Shown: positions 10,847-19,422 of the stretch, piece after piece | How positions within the stretch are numbered: the first letter of the stretch is position 1 | Layout of the letters: the number at the start of each line of letters is the position of its first letter | NCBI GenBank assembly: GCA_012862495.1 | Contig: BLSG01000238.1 | Coordinates: 128,743 to 148,742, forward strand | DNA: 20,000 nucleotides | From: Thraustochytrium aureum | Taxonomy: Eukaryota | Direction: 5' to 3' | The notes under the pieces: generated by a model | What the model was told of the DNA's origin: nothing | Databases searched by the model: none | Seen by the model: only the letters and a program-made list of their open reading frames with translations | Translations under genes and position numbers: made by a program

Positions 10847-12767
10847 GAGAGGTCCGTGCGTTTTCTCACGAAAGTGCGCAACGCGTCAAACCCTTTCGTC
10901 TCAGTCACAAACTTGCTTGTCCAGGTCATGCGTGCTGAGCGAGAAGCAAAGGTCCCAGTTGGACCGAAGACGGACACTGTGGCAAATGCTGTCGCTCGCG
11001 CTCGGGCTGTCAATGTGCCTTGCATGGAAGAGTTCGTCATTGCGGACGACAAGCAGTGTGGGCGTGAGCTGTTCGGGGCCAAGGCCCTTCTCACTCTCGG
11101 GCCGACAACAAAGGTCATTCGCGCGTTCGCGTTTCGTGACTATCAAGCCAACCCAATGGACAAGCGCGCCAACGTCCTCCGATTCATGGAGTCGGAGACG
11201 GGCCTCGGCGACAAGCTCTCCAGGACCATGTGCATGGACAAGAAGCCGATCCCGGAGGAGGCGAAACCTGCGTCGACAGTTCTCTTCTTCCCGTGCGAGT
11301 TGCGAGACAAGAACGAGGCATTGCAGAGCGTCGAGCACCAACTTTTCTACCGCGGAGCTTTCGCGCTCACGTGCTGGCAAAGATCTGCCGAGTGGTTTGT
11401 GGCTCGCCTTTTCTGCATCACTGGAACCGCGAGCTCGTCTCTTGTGCGTTTGGAGGGGACAGCGAAAGACTTGCTTGTAGACGGATCGGCGACGAGCGAG
11501 ATTGAAGCCCACGCCGACGCCCAGGAGGCTGGGTTGGGCGTTGGGTCTGCGAGTCCTGAGGCTGACGAGGTTTCCTCAGATCGTGACGAAGACTCGTCGA
11601 GCGAGGACTCGAGCAGCGTTGACGACGAGGCCCGTGCCGCTCGAGGCCCAACACGACGAAAGTGCATCTGCAAGCAACGCAAAGCTTCTCGAGCGGGGTG
11701 CCGAGATCTTGTCGATGTCTTGGCTCTCCCCCGCGGCTTGTCGACGCCCTCGATGAAGAGCGGAGCCCTTACTGAGAACAACCTGTTCAAGGCTCTCCAG
11801 CGCTCTCCCTGGTGCCACAACATCTTTGGGGTTGGGCTGCTCGCGCGCAAACAGCACCCCTTCTGGCCGCTTCTTCCGATGCAGTCGCTATGGTGGCTCC
11901 GCCCCCACCCGGTGCCGACGCTCAGGATCCGCCGGTACTCGCAAGTGTTGAGTTGAAGTCCTGGTCCGAAGTCGAGCGTTTGGCGCGAGCTCGCGGCGTT
12001 CGAGCGATCCACTCTGACTACTTTGCCTGCACTGCCGGCGATGCCACATGGTGGAACGCTGTGCCATACGTGAGTCGTGGGCAAGTGCTGCATCAAGCCA
12101 TGGTGCTGAACGTCGACTACGTTCTCTACGTTGAAGGGAGCGCGCGAGAGCTGATCTACGCTTGCTTGGTGCGAGTGCTGGGGCGCGACCGAGCTCGATA
12201 CAAGGCAGCGCTTTTGAGGTTCAAGCCGCTGCTTTCCTGGGCGCACGACAGCGTCGTCAGCGAAACCCCAGAGGAACTCACGGGCAGCGCACAACAAGGG
12301 ACCAAACCGCCAGTCCCGCCGCCAGTGTTTGGCGAACAGGTTTGCGAGCGTTTGTCCTCCCACCTGCGCTTGTGGCGGGCGTTGATGAAGCAGGTTTGCG
12401 TGCGTGGGCCTCTTCCGCCCCTGGATGCTTTTCGGGCGCCTGCGCAGGTGGTCTACGACGAGCTTCAAAGTGGCCTCGACGGAGGGAGCCAGTTGGCGGT
12501 CTCACTTGCCACGCCGAGCGCGCTGAAGCTGGACTTGGAGCAGCTCCTGGCGCTCAGTGGATTGAGACAGCTTGCGAGCAACGCTTTCATCGTGTTCCAA
12601 GTCATCAAGGCCTGCTCAGACGAGAGTGGGGAGTTCCGCTTCAACTTTGAGTCGGTATCCTCTTCCGCGGCAAGTGCAGCGAGGTCATCTCGATTGGGAG
12701 TTTTACTAGCAAGCTCGCGGTGCAGCTCATTTCCAAGCCTGCGATCGAGTTGAGCCCGTGCCCTTCC

Positions 12768-12814
12768 CCGCCGCAGGAGCCGCCGCAGGAGCCGCCGCAG
12801 GAGCCGCCGCAGGA
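12768..12814 (+). repeat. 12-bp tandem repeat (CCGCCGCAGGAG) x~4, encoding an (AAAG)n linker in the transposase frame
   Basis: Units start at 12768, 12780, 12792 and 12804 (the last is 11 bp). Confidence 0.92.
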
Positions 12815-13313
12815 CCGGGGCCCTTGGCACTCGTCTCGGATGCCGATGCCGCTGCTGTTCGAGCAAAAAGGCCACGCAACGCTGGTGATGGCCGCAAGTA
12901 CTTTGGCGAGGGCCTAGCAAAGCGGGTACGCCTTGCGAAATCCCTCGAGCACGAGGCAAGGATCATCGGCGCCCGCAGCTCGGTGAGCAACGGCGTCACG
13001 ACCAAGGTGTATTTGCAAAAGACCTGCCTGGTCTGTGGAGGTCGGGCCTCGAAGGCGTGCAGCTCCTGCGGTGTGCCTCTGCACACGAACGTCATAAGGG
13101 GCCGAGTACAGTCGTGCTTTGAGCAGTTCCACAGCAACGAGACCGTCCAAGTGCACCACAACAAGTTGAACAACAAGTAGTAGGAGGAGAAGGGCAAGAA
13201 GAGATGATCTATGGCGGTGCGCGCGACGGAGGCCGCGTGCTGAAGTGTCCCCAGACCAGTGCCCTTGGGAGCCGGCCTGCCAATGCCAAACAAATGCCTG
13301 AAGACGGCGAACT

Positions 13314-13525
13314 NNNNNNNNNNNNNNNNNNNNNNNNNNNNNNNNNNNNNNNNNNNNNNNNNNNNNNNNNNNNNNNNNNNNNNNNNNNNNNNNNNNNNNN
13401 NNNNNNNNNNNNNNNNNNNNNNNNNNNNNNNNNNNNNNNNNNNNNNNNNNNNNNNNNNNNNNNNNNNNNNNNNNNNNNNNNNNNNNNNNNNNNNNNNNNN
13501 NNNNNNNNNNNNNNNNNNNNNNNNN
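13314..13525. other. assembly gap (N run)
   Basis: Run of N between the transposase-like ORF and the RRM gene. Confidence 0.99.
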
Positions 13526-14480
13526 AATGATTGATGGCCCTTCCGCTGCTGACGCGAAACATGAGTGAGAAACGTGTTGACGATCGCTCGCGGATCGAAA
13601 TAGTCGATCCAAGAGGAGAAATGCGGTTTTGATGACTGCGAAGAAACGTTTAGGTTTACACTAGTCGCCTGCCCTAAAGCAGAGCGCCTTACCGGTAGCC
13701 AGCGCGCTGCCCGCTGCCGCGCTGGCGCGACTCTGCAAGCTTGCGAGTCTCAACTCAAAGTACTCTCCATACACGTCCTCAAAGGTCCGCTTGGCGAACC
13801 TCTTCGGCGGGCGGGCGAGGGTCTCCTTGATGGCCGCGTCCGCGGCGGCCGCGGCGTTGGTTGGACTGGCCCCGCTCGCGGCGCCGTTGTTGTTCGCGGC
13901 AGCACCTGGCCCTGGCGCGCTGCTGTTCTGCCCGGCCTTCTGGTACCGCTTGATCTCGACGCGCTTGCCTAGAACCTGGTGGTGCCTACCAGCATCGCAG
14001 GCCGCATCGATGCCCTCGTTCGTCTCGAAGGTGATAAATCCAAACCCGCGCGATCGCTTCGACTCGGGGTCGTACTTGATGACAGCGTTGACGAGGGGGC
14101 CGAACTTTGAAAAGTGCTCGTGCAGGTCCTCCTCGCGCGTTTCGGGGAGCAAGCCGCCAACAAAGATCTTGCGCTCCGGGTGAAGAAAGTCGGCGTTCGT
14201 GGTAGGCGCCACCTTGCGATCCAACGGCGCAGAGCTGTCAGGGTCGCGCTCCTTCCGAATGGCCATCTTGATCTCGACGTCCTTGCCGTCGATCAGGTGC
14301 TTGACCTGCTCGCAGACCTTGACGAGCGCCTCCTCGTTTGTGAAGGAAACAAAGCCAAACCCGCGCGGCTGGCCCGTAAACCTGTCTCTGTTGATGCTGG
14401 TGCTCAGCACCTGCGAGGGATCATCGAGCAGCGACTCGAAGTACATTTGCAGCCCTTCCTCCGTGGTCTCCCACGACAGC
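13526..14480 (-). CDS. two-RRM RNA-binding protein (hnRNP A/B, Musashi or DAZAP1-like); 5' end in gap; either stops at 13661 or splices to a further exon at 13635-13526
   Basis: RRM1 LSWETTEEGL...RDRFTGQPRGFGFVSF...HLIDGKDVEIKMA. RRM2 KIFVGGL (RNP2)...SKRSRGFGFITF (RNP1)...HQVLGKRVEIKR. Confidence 0.88.
13636..13692 (-). other. probable 57-nt spliceosomal intron in the RRM gene
   Basis: G|GTAAGG donor at 13692, CTAAAC branch-like motif, TTTCTTCGCAG acceptor at 13636. It removes the TAG at 13661-13663 and keeps the frame open to the gap. Confidence 0.7.
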
Positions 14481-14984
14481 NNNNNNNNNNNNNNNNNNNN
14501 NNNNNNNNNNNNNNNNNNNNNNNNNNNNNNNNNNNNNNNNNNNNNNNNNNNNNNNNNNNNNNNNNNNNNNNNNNNNNNNNNNNNNNNNNNNNNNNNNNNN
14601 NNNNNNNNNNNNNNNNNNNNNNNNNNNNNNNNNNNNNNNNNNNNNNNNNNNNNNNNNNNNNNNNNNNNNNNNNNNNNNNNNNNNNNNNNNNNNNNNNNNN
14701 NNNNNNNNNNNNNNNNNNNNNNNNNNNNNNNNNNNNNNNNNNNNNNNNNNNNNNNNNNNNNNNNNNNNNNNNNNNNNNNNNNNNNNNNNNNNNNNNNNNN
14801 NNNNNNNNNNNNNNNNNNNNNNNNNNNNNNNNNNNNNNNNNNNNNNNNNNNNNNNNNNNNNNNNNNNNNNNNNNNNNNNNNNNNNNNNNNNNNNNNNNNN
14901 NNNNNNNNNNNNNNNNNNNNNNNNNNNNNNNNNNNNNNNNNNNNNNNNNNNNNNNNNNNNNNNNNNNNNNNNNNNNNNNNNNNN
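14481..14984. other. assembly gap (N run)
   Basis: Run of N; hides the RRM gene start. Confidence 0.99.
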
Positions 14985-15096
14985 CGTGGCGCGCCCGCCG
15001 CGCACCGGGAGCGATCCGAACTCGGCCGTTCAAGAAAAGAAGAATAGTAAAAATACAAGAACCAAACAAACCAACGCGCCAAAGGGCTGGCCGCCA

Positions 15097-16293
15097 CTAG
15101 CCCAACTTGGTGGAGCTGCGCGGCGGCATGACAGTGGCGAGAAACACGTTGGCCACCGCCGCGCTGAGGGAAGCCACCCACTGCTCGAGGCGCGAGCGCT
15201 GGACGCCGTTGTCGCGCTCGAAGCGCAGGTAGGCCGAAAGCCAGCGCGCGCAACCTGGCAAGAGCCGGTACACAAACCGCACATGGCCCAAAAGCAGCGA
15301 CCAAAGGAACAGGTCGAGCTTGGTCTGCTCCCGGCCATAGAACCCTTTCGCGAGCTTGCTTGGCAGCATGACAAACGTCTGCCAGCGCGTGAGGGCGAGC
15401 AACGGCCAAAACCGCGGCGAGGGCGGCGTCCACAGAAACGCGTCCACCTTTTGCGCCGTCTCGCCCGCGGCGATCAGCGGGCTCATGGTCACCGCGTTGT
15501 TGAGTCGCTCAAACTGAGCCCAGTCCGCGGGCAGGAGCTCCTGCGGGACCCCGAACATGCCTGTCGCAAACACGTTTGTGGCGCGCACGAACTCGTCTTT
15601 GTCGCTCACCGACAGGCGCGACCGCGTCAGCTCGTACATGAGCACCGACGTGTCCGTCAGCGTGAGGTGCACCCAAAGCAGCGCGTGCGAGTGGCTGGCG
15701 TCAAAGGTCGAGTCTTTGCGCAGGATGCCGACGTCCTCGCGCACGGTGCCCTTTACCTTGTCGTGGAGCTTGCGCACGACGCGGCTGGCCTTGAGGGCCT
15801 CGTCCACGTCCCCAAAGATCATCGCAAACATGTACTTGAAGGTGCGGTAGAAGCGCTCCTGCACGCCGTTGCCCAAGTTGCTGTGCGCTGCGATCCCTGC
15901 TGCGACGTAAGGGTGCGCGAGCTGGAGGAGCGCAGCGCGGCCGCCGCCCAGAAAGTTGGAGCTCTCGCGCTGGATCTTGAGCGCTACCTCGAGGTCCTCG
16001 AGCCGGTTGTTGCGCGCTGCTCGGCGGGCCTGCTCCTCCGCCGCCTGGCGTTTCCGAAACACGTCCGGGTCGACCCTTGCCTCGGCGGCCGCATCATTCT
16101 CGTATCTGGCGGCGATCTCGTCGAGCGTGTCCCTCTCGCGTTCCGGGTCAAAGCTTTCTTCGAGCGCCTTTCGCTCCGCCAGCACGCCGTACACGTGCAT
16201 GCAGTCCGAGGCGTACAGCGCGGCCCCGGCGCCAGCGAGCCCCAGTGCCACGCGTCGCGGCCAGTCGCCGCCAGTCTTGGCCACCTCGGCCAT
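15097..16293 (-). CDS. oxygenase MpaB / DUF2236 family protein (MpaB'/rubber-oxygenase-like catalytic domain) with an N-terminal hydrophobic segment
   Basis: ATG at 16293 (MAEVAKTGG...VALGLAGAGAALYA). Family motifs FLGGGRAALLQLAHPYVAAGIAAHS, RFYRT...FGD...VRKLHDKVKG, DASHSHALLWVHLTL, FGVPQELLPADW. Intronless; stop at 15097-15099. Confidence 0.85.
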   Translation of the reverse strand: MAEVAKTGGDWPRRVALGLAGAGAALYASDCMHVYGVLAERKALEESFDPERERDTLDEIAARYENDAAAEARVDPDVFRKRQAAEEQARRAARNNRLEDLEVALKIQRESSNFLGGGRAALLQLAHPYVAAGIAAHSNLGNGVQERFYRTFKYMFAMIFGDVDEALKASRVVRKLHDKVKGTVREDVGILRKDSTFDASHSHALLWVHLTLTDTSVLMYELTRSRLSVSDKDEFVRATNVFATGMFGVPQELLPADWAQFERLNNAVTMSPLIAAGETAQKVDAFLWTPPSPRFWPLLALTRWQTFVMLPSKLAKGFYGREQTKLDLFLWSLLLGHVRFVYRLLPGCARWLSAYLRFERDNGVQRSRLEQWVASLSAAVANVFLATVMPPRSSTKLG

Positions 16294-17339
16294 CCTCGTC
16301 GCGCGCGGAGTAGCTCCAACTGCTCGCTGCCTCCAGGGGTCCTTGGGCTTGGTCGGGACGATCTGCCGAGGCTGTCTCTTCGGGCAACAAAGGCTTGGCT
16401 TCTGCGGGAAGGGTCTGCTGCCGCGGACCTGGCGCCCCAAGCAGGACACTCTCTGTGATTGATTGCGTCAAGCAGAGCGGCTCGAGTGCGCCCTGCCGTG
16501 CGCGCAGGTGCAAGTCCGCCACCGACCAGGGCCCCAGTGAGCCGGGGACACCGGCGGAGGAACGCCGCGTGCTCGATGGACGATGGAAGTTGAATCAATC
16601 AGTTTGGTCGTCCCAGGCCATGTCCGCCATTTTGCGTCGCCGAAACCACTCTGGGCCAAGACTATTGGAGCTCTGGAGTACAGACCGGAACTGTAAGTCA
16701 ATCAAAACCTCGAGCAAGCAAGGCCTTGGCCTGCCTTGCGTTCGTTCATGCTGGTCTCCTTGCTGGCCTCAATCGGTGCGGTTGCATCGCATTGCGCGTT
16801 GGTGCATACCGTAGAGTACCCGAGTAAGCCGGTACCTAGAGTACCTCTCCACTCTCGCGTTATTCCTTCCAGCACCGAGATTCCGAGCTCACCAGCCTCT
16901 CAAAGCGCCACCCGCGTCACGCCACGGCCATCTTCAAGTCGCCGGCAGACGCTCCATGACGTGTTCCGCGCACTGGCAAGGTCTCTGGCGCTGCCATCCC
17001 ACCACAGCGACACACCGTGCCATCTTCAACTCGGTGCCATCCATCCATGCTTCAATGAACGCCTGTTTCGAAGAGTTGCACATCAATCTTGACGCTCCAG
17101 GGCACCACGCCGAGTATCCCTGACCTTCAAGGCGCAAGAAAGAACAAGAACGTGCGCTGCGCGAGCGCGATTCGAGTGACATTGAGCCAGCCGGCCAGCA
17201 CGACGACGGCCGCCGAGCGCGCACGCGAGGAATGCCCCGAGCGCTTTGTGCTTGCGCGGGAGCGGCAGACTCGCAACTCGGGTTCGATCGGGCGACGTCA
17301 ACTCCGTCTCAGGCTCGAGCGCCCTCGCGCAGGCTCTGA

Positions 17340-17795
17340 GGCGCGCTCCGCGGCAGGCAGCGCAGGCTCGAGCGAGGGGTAAGGCGCCAGGAAGGCGACG
17401 GGAAGAGGCCGAGGTGTAAACAAGGCTGCAGGTGCGCAGGATGCCGCGCGACAGGGGACCGCAAGGACAGGCCCGGACCGAGCCTGCTGCCGATACTGGC
17501 GGGCGTGGCGGCTGGCGCTGCTGTGCTGGCGGCGTCGTTCTTTGCCGCGGAGGCCGTTGCGGAGGAGGACCGACCCAAGAAGCGCAGCGGCAAGCAGGCG
17601 CACGTGGAGAAGGACCCCGAGGTGGTGATGGACACGGTGTGCCAGGTGTGTTTTTACAACTATGACGACAGCACGCACGCCCCGTTCGCTTTCGGGTGCG
17701 GGCATACCTCGTGCCAGAAGTGCATGATGGAGATGGACAAGTGCCACAGCTGCCGCAGGCCAATCAACGAGCGCCTGCGCCTGTACCTAAAGTAA
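17340..17795 (+). CDS. C3HC4 RING-finger protein with a preceding hydrophobic segment (putative membrane-anchored E3); start uncertain
   Basis: CQVC-x14-GCGHTSCQKC-x6-CHSCR...LRLYL at the C-terminus and SLLPILAGVAAGAAVLAASFFAA upstream. The frame is open from 17340 but has no ATG until just before the RING. Confidence 0.75.
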   Translation, partial: GALRGRQRRLERGVRRQEGDGKRPRCKQGCRCAGCRATGDRKDRPGPSLLPILAGVAAGAAVLAASFFAAEAVAEEDRPKKRSGKQAHVEKDPEVVMDTVCQVCFYNYDDSTHAPFAFGCGHTSCQKCMMEMDKCHSCRRPINERLRLYLK

Positions 17796-18166
17796 CGTGT
17801 GCGGGCGGGCGGGCGGCCGGCCGGGCGGCCGGAGAGGGCTTGCCTCGTGCAGGGCGCCGCTTTCGCGCGGTGGGCGTCGAGCGCCGTGCGCGGACTAACA
17901 CAATTATAGATAGAACATACCTATGTGAGTACTCCGTACCCAGCAACTTCGAGGCCAGTCTCGGCAGCGGACAACGCCCTCCGTTCGCCGCGATGCCGAC
18001 CCCACCCTCCTCCTGCGGCCTGCCGCGATCGACCGTCCACGGCGCGCTTCACCCTTTCCGCCCCTCCGCCGTGGCGCCCCAAACGGCCCAAAGAGCGGTC
18101 ACCGCTCCCGCGCAGGCCTCAGGCGACAGATCCCGATCAGCACGGCTCGGGGAACAGCATAGCATG

Positions 18167-18324
18167 NNNNNNNNNNNNNNNNNNNNNNNNNNNNNNNNNN
18201 NNNNNNNNNNNNNNNNNNNNNNNNNNNNNNNNNNNNNNNNNNNNNNNNNNNNNNNNNNNNNNNNNNNNNNNNNNNNNNNNNNNNNNNNNNNNNNNNNNNN
18301 NNNNNNNNNNNNNNNNNNNNNNNN
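18167..18324. other. assembly gap (N run)
   Basis: Run of N directly after an ATG at 18164-18166. Confidence 0.99.
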
Positions 18325-19056
18325 GTCCTGGGGCTGGAGGACGGCAGGCACGTGGACGGTGTCGTGGTGCTGCTGCACGGGTTTGGGGCGCGGAGCAGCG
18401 ACTTTGTGCCGCTCCACAAGGCCGTGAACGGCGCGCTGGGCAGCAAGAATGTGGTTTTCGTGCTCCCCCAGGCGCCCGTTTCTGCGGCCGCGATGGGGTC
18501 GGCTGCCTGGTGGGAGATTGACGTGGTCAAGTGGATGGGTGCCATGCAGCTCGGCGAGGCGGGCATCGCAAGGCTCATCCGCGACAAGCCCGCGGGGCTG
18601 GACGAGTGCAGGCGCAACTTGACCGAGATGCTGAAGGGCGTGCGCGAGCTGGTGGCGAGCAAGAGCGGGATCGCGGACAGCGGCGAGCTGCCCATGGTCG
18701 TGGGCGGGTTTTCGCAAGGCGGCATCTCGGCCGCCGACGTCGTGCTGCACGCGGCCGACCACCTCGGCGTGGACCACGTGATGATGCTGTCTAGCGCCCC
18801 AATCGTGGTGGACGAGTGGGCGGACAAGCTGCAGCTGGGCGGGCGGGGCAAGCGGCTCAAGGTCCTCATCACGCACGGGCACACCGACATGGTGCTCCCG
18901 TTCCAGGCGTCAGGGTGGGCTAGGGACCTGTTCAGCGCGCACGGCGCGACGGTGCGGTATGAGTCGCATGCTGGCGGGCACGAGCTCGGCGGCGACGGGG
19001 TGCTGCGCGCGATCTGCGAGTTTGTGGAGGAGGCTATCGGTAAGGGCGATAAATAG
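18325..19056 (+). CDS. phospholipase/carboxylesterase (alpha/beta hydrolase, acyl-protein thioesterase-like); probable start at ATG 18164 before the gap
   Basis: VVVLLHGFG, FVLPQAP...AWW, nucleophile VGGFSQGG, THGHTDMVLP (Asp), GGHEL (His); stop TAG at 19054-19056. Confidence 0.9.
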   Translation, partial: VLGLEDGRHVDGVVVLLHGFGARSSDFVPLHKAVNGALGSKNVVFVLPQAPVSAAAMGSAAWWEIDVVKWMGAMQLGEAGIARLIRDKPAGLDECRRNLTEMLKGVRELVASKSGIADSGELPMVVGGFSQGGISAADVVLHAADHLGVDHVMMLSSAPIVVDEWADKLQLGGRGKRLKVLITHGHTDMVLPFQASGWARDLFSAHGATVRYESHAGGHELGGDGVLRAICEFVEEAIGKGDK

Positions 19057-19311
19057 ATTTACATGGTGGCTACATTTTGTGGTGGAAGACGGGTGGGCTT
19101 CAAGATAGGTGGACTCTGTGGTGGTGGTGGCGCGGCGGGCAGGGTGGGCAGGCGCTCCGCCGCCTCCCTGACAGGCGCACCCCCTCTCTCCTCGCTCGCA
19201 ATTGCGGCGCGCCGGGGTCGTAGCTGTGGAAATACTCGGGCTGCTTGCAAGCACAGGCGGCCCGGTCGTGGTGCTGCCCTGGTGGTGCGGACCGTCCGGC
19301 CGGTCTCGCAC

Positions 19312-19341
19312 GGTGTGGTGTGGTGTGGTGTGGTGTGGTGT
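19312..19341 (+). repeat. (GGTGT)6 microsatellite between convergent genes
   Basis: Six perfect pentamer units. Confidence 0.95.
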
Positions 19342-19422
19342 ATGTGTGAGTATGTACCTAAATACAGGTGTACAGAGCGCGGCTCTCGCTCGCCGGCCGC
19401 CCGGCGCTCGATCCGTGTGCAT

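Larger units (their letters stand above)
10072..13180 (+). mobile_element. piggyBac-like DDD transposase (or derived gene) with an inserted YqaJ-like exonuclease domain; frameshifted and partly in a gap
   Basis: ATG 10072, CSKCGRSDHTRSSSETCP knuckle. After the gap: AFAFRD...ANVLRF; YqaJ motifs LTCWQRSAEWFVARLFCITGT, MKSGALTE, VGLL...HPF/LAASSD, VELKS, RGQVLHQAMVLNVDYVLYV; piggyBac-like PAQVVYDELQSGLDGGSQ...LASNAFIVF; C-terminal CLVC...CSSCGVPLH...CFEQFH; stop 13178-13180. Frame shifts at ~11861, ~12662 and ~12731. No convincing TIR or TSD seen. Confidence 0.72.

Noticed and set aside
12768..12814. Repeat array as CRISPR-like or regulatory
   Set aside because: Head-to-tail 12-mers without spacers, in frame as an Ala/Gly linker.
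9901..13541. Possible TIR pair AGGGCCATaAAT (9901-9912) and ATTgATGGCCCT (13530-13541), 11/12 match
   Set aside because: Short enough to occur by chance, no target-site duplication, not piggyBac-type CCY termini, and the right copy lies in the probable RRM exon.
15030..15075. A-rich tract as a poly(A) retro-insertion tail
   Set aside because: Mixed A/C/G tract just downstream of the MpaB stop with no TSD; consistent with a T-rich 3' UTR on the minus strand.
1828..17795. Ubiquitin-system gene cluster (UBR, UFSP, RING)
   Set aside because: Such genes are abundant in eukaryotes and the RING gene is separated by unrelated genes; only the UBR-UFSP adjacency was kept.
19312..19341. (GGTGT)n as a telomeric remnant
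   Set aside because: Only 30 bp, internal, between convergent genes; an ordinary microsatellite.
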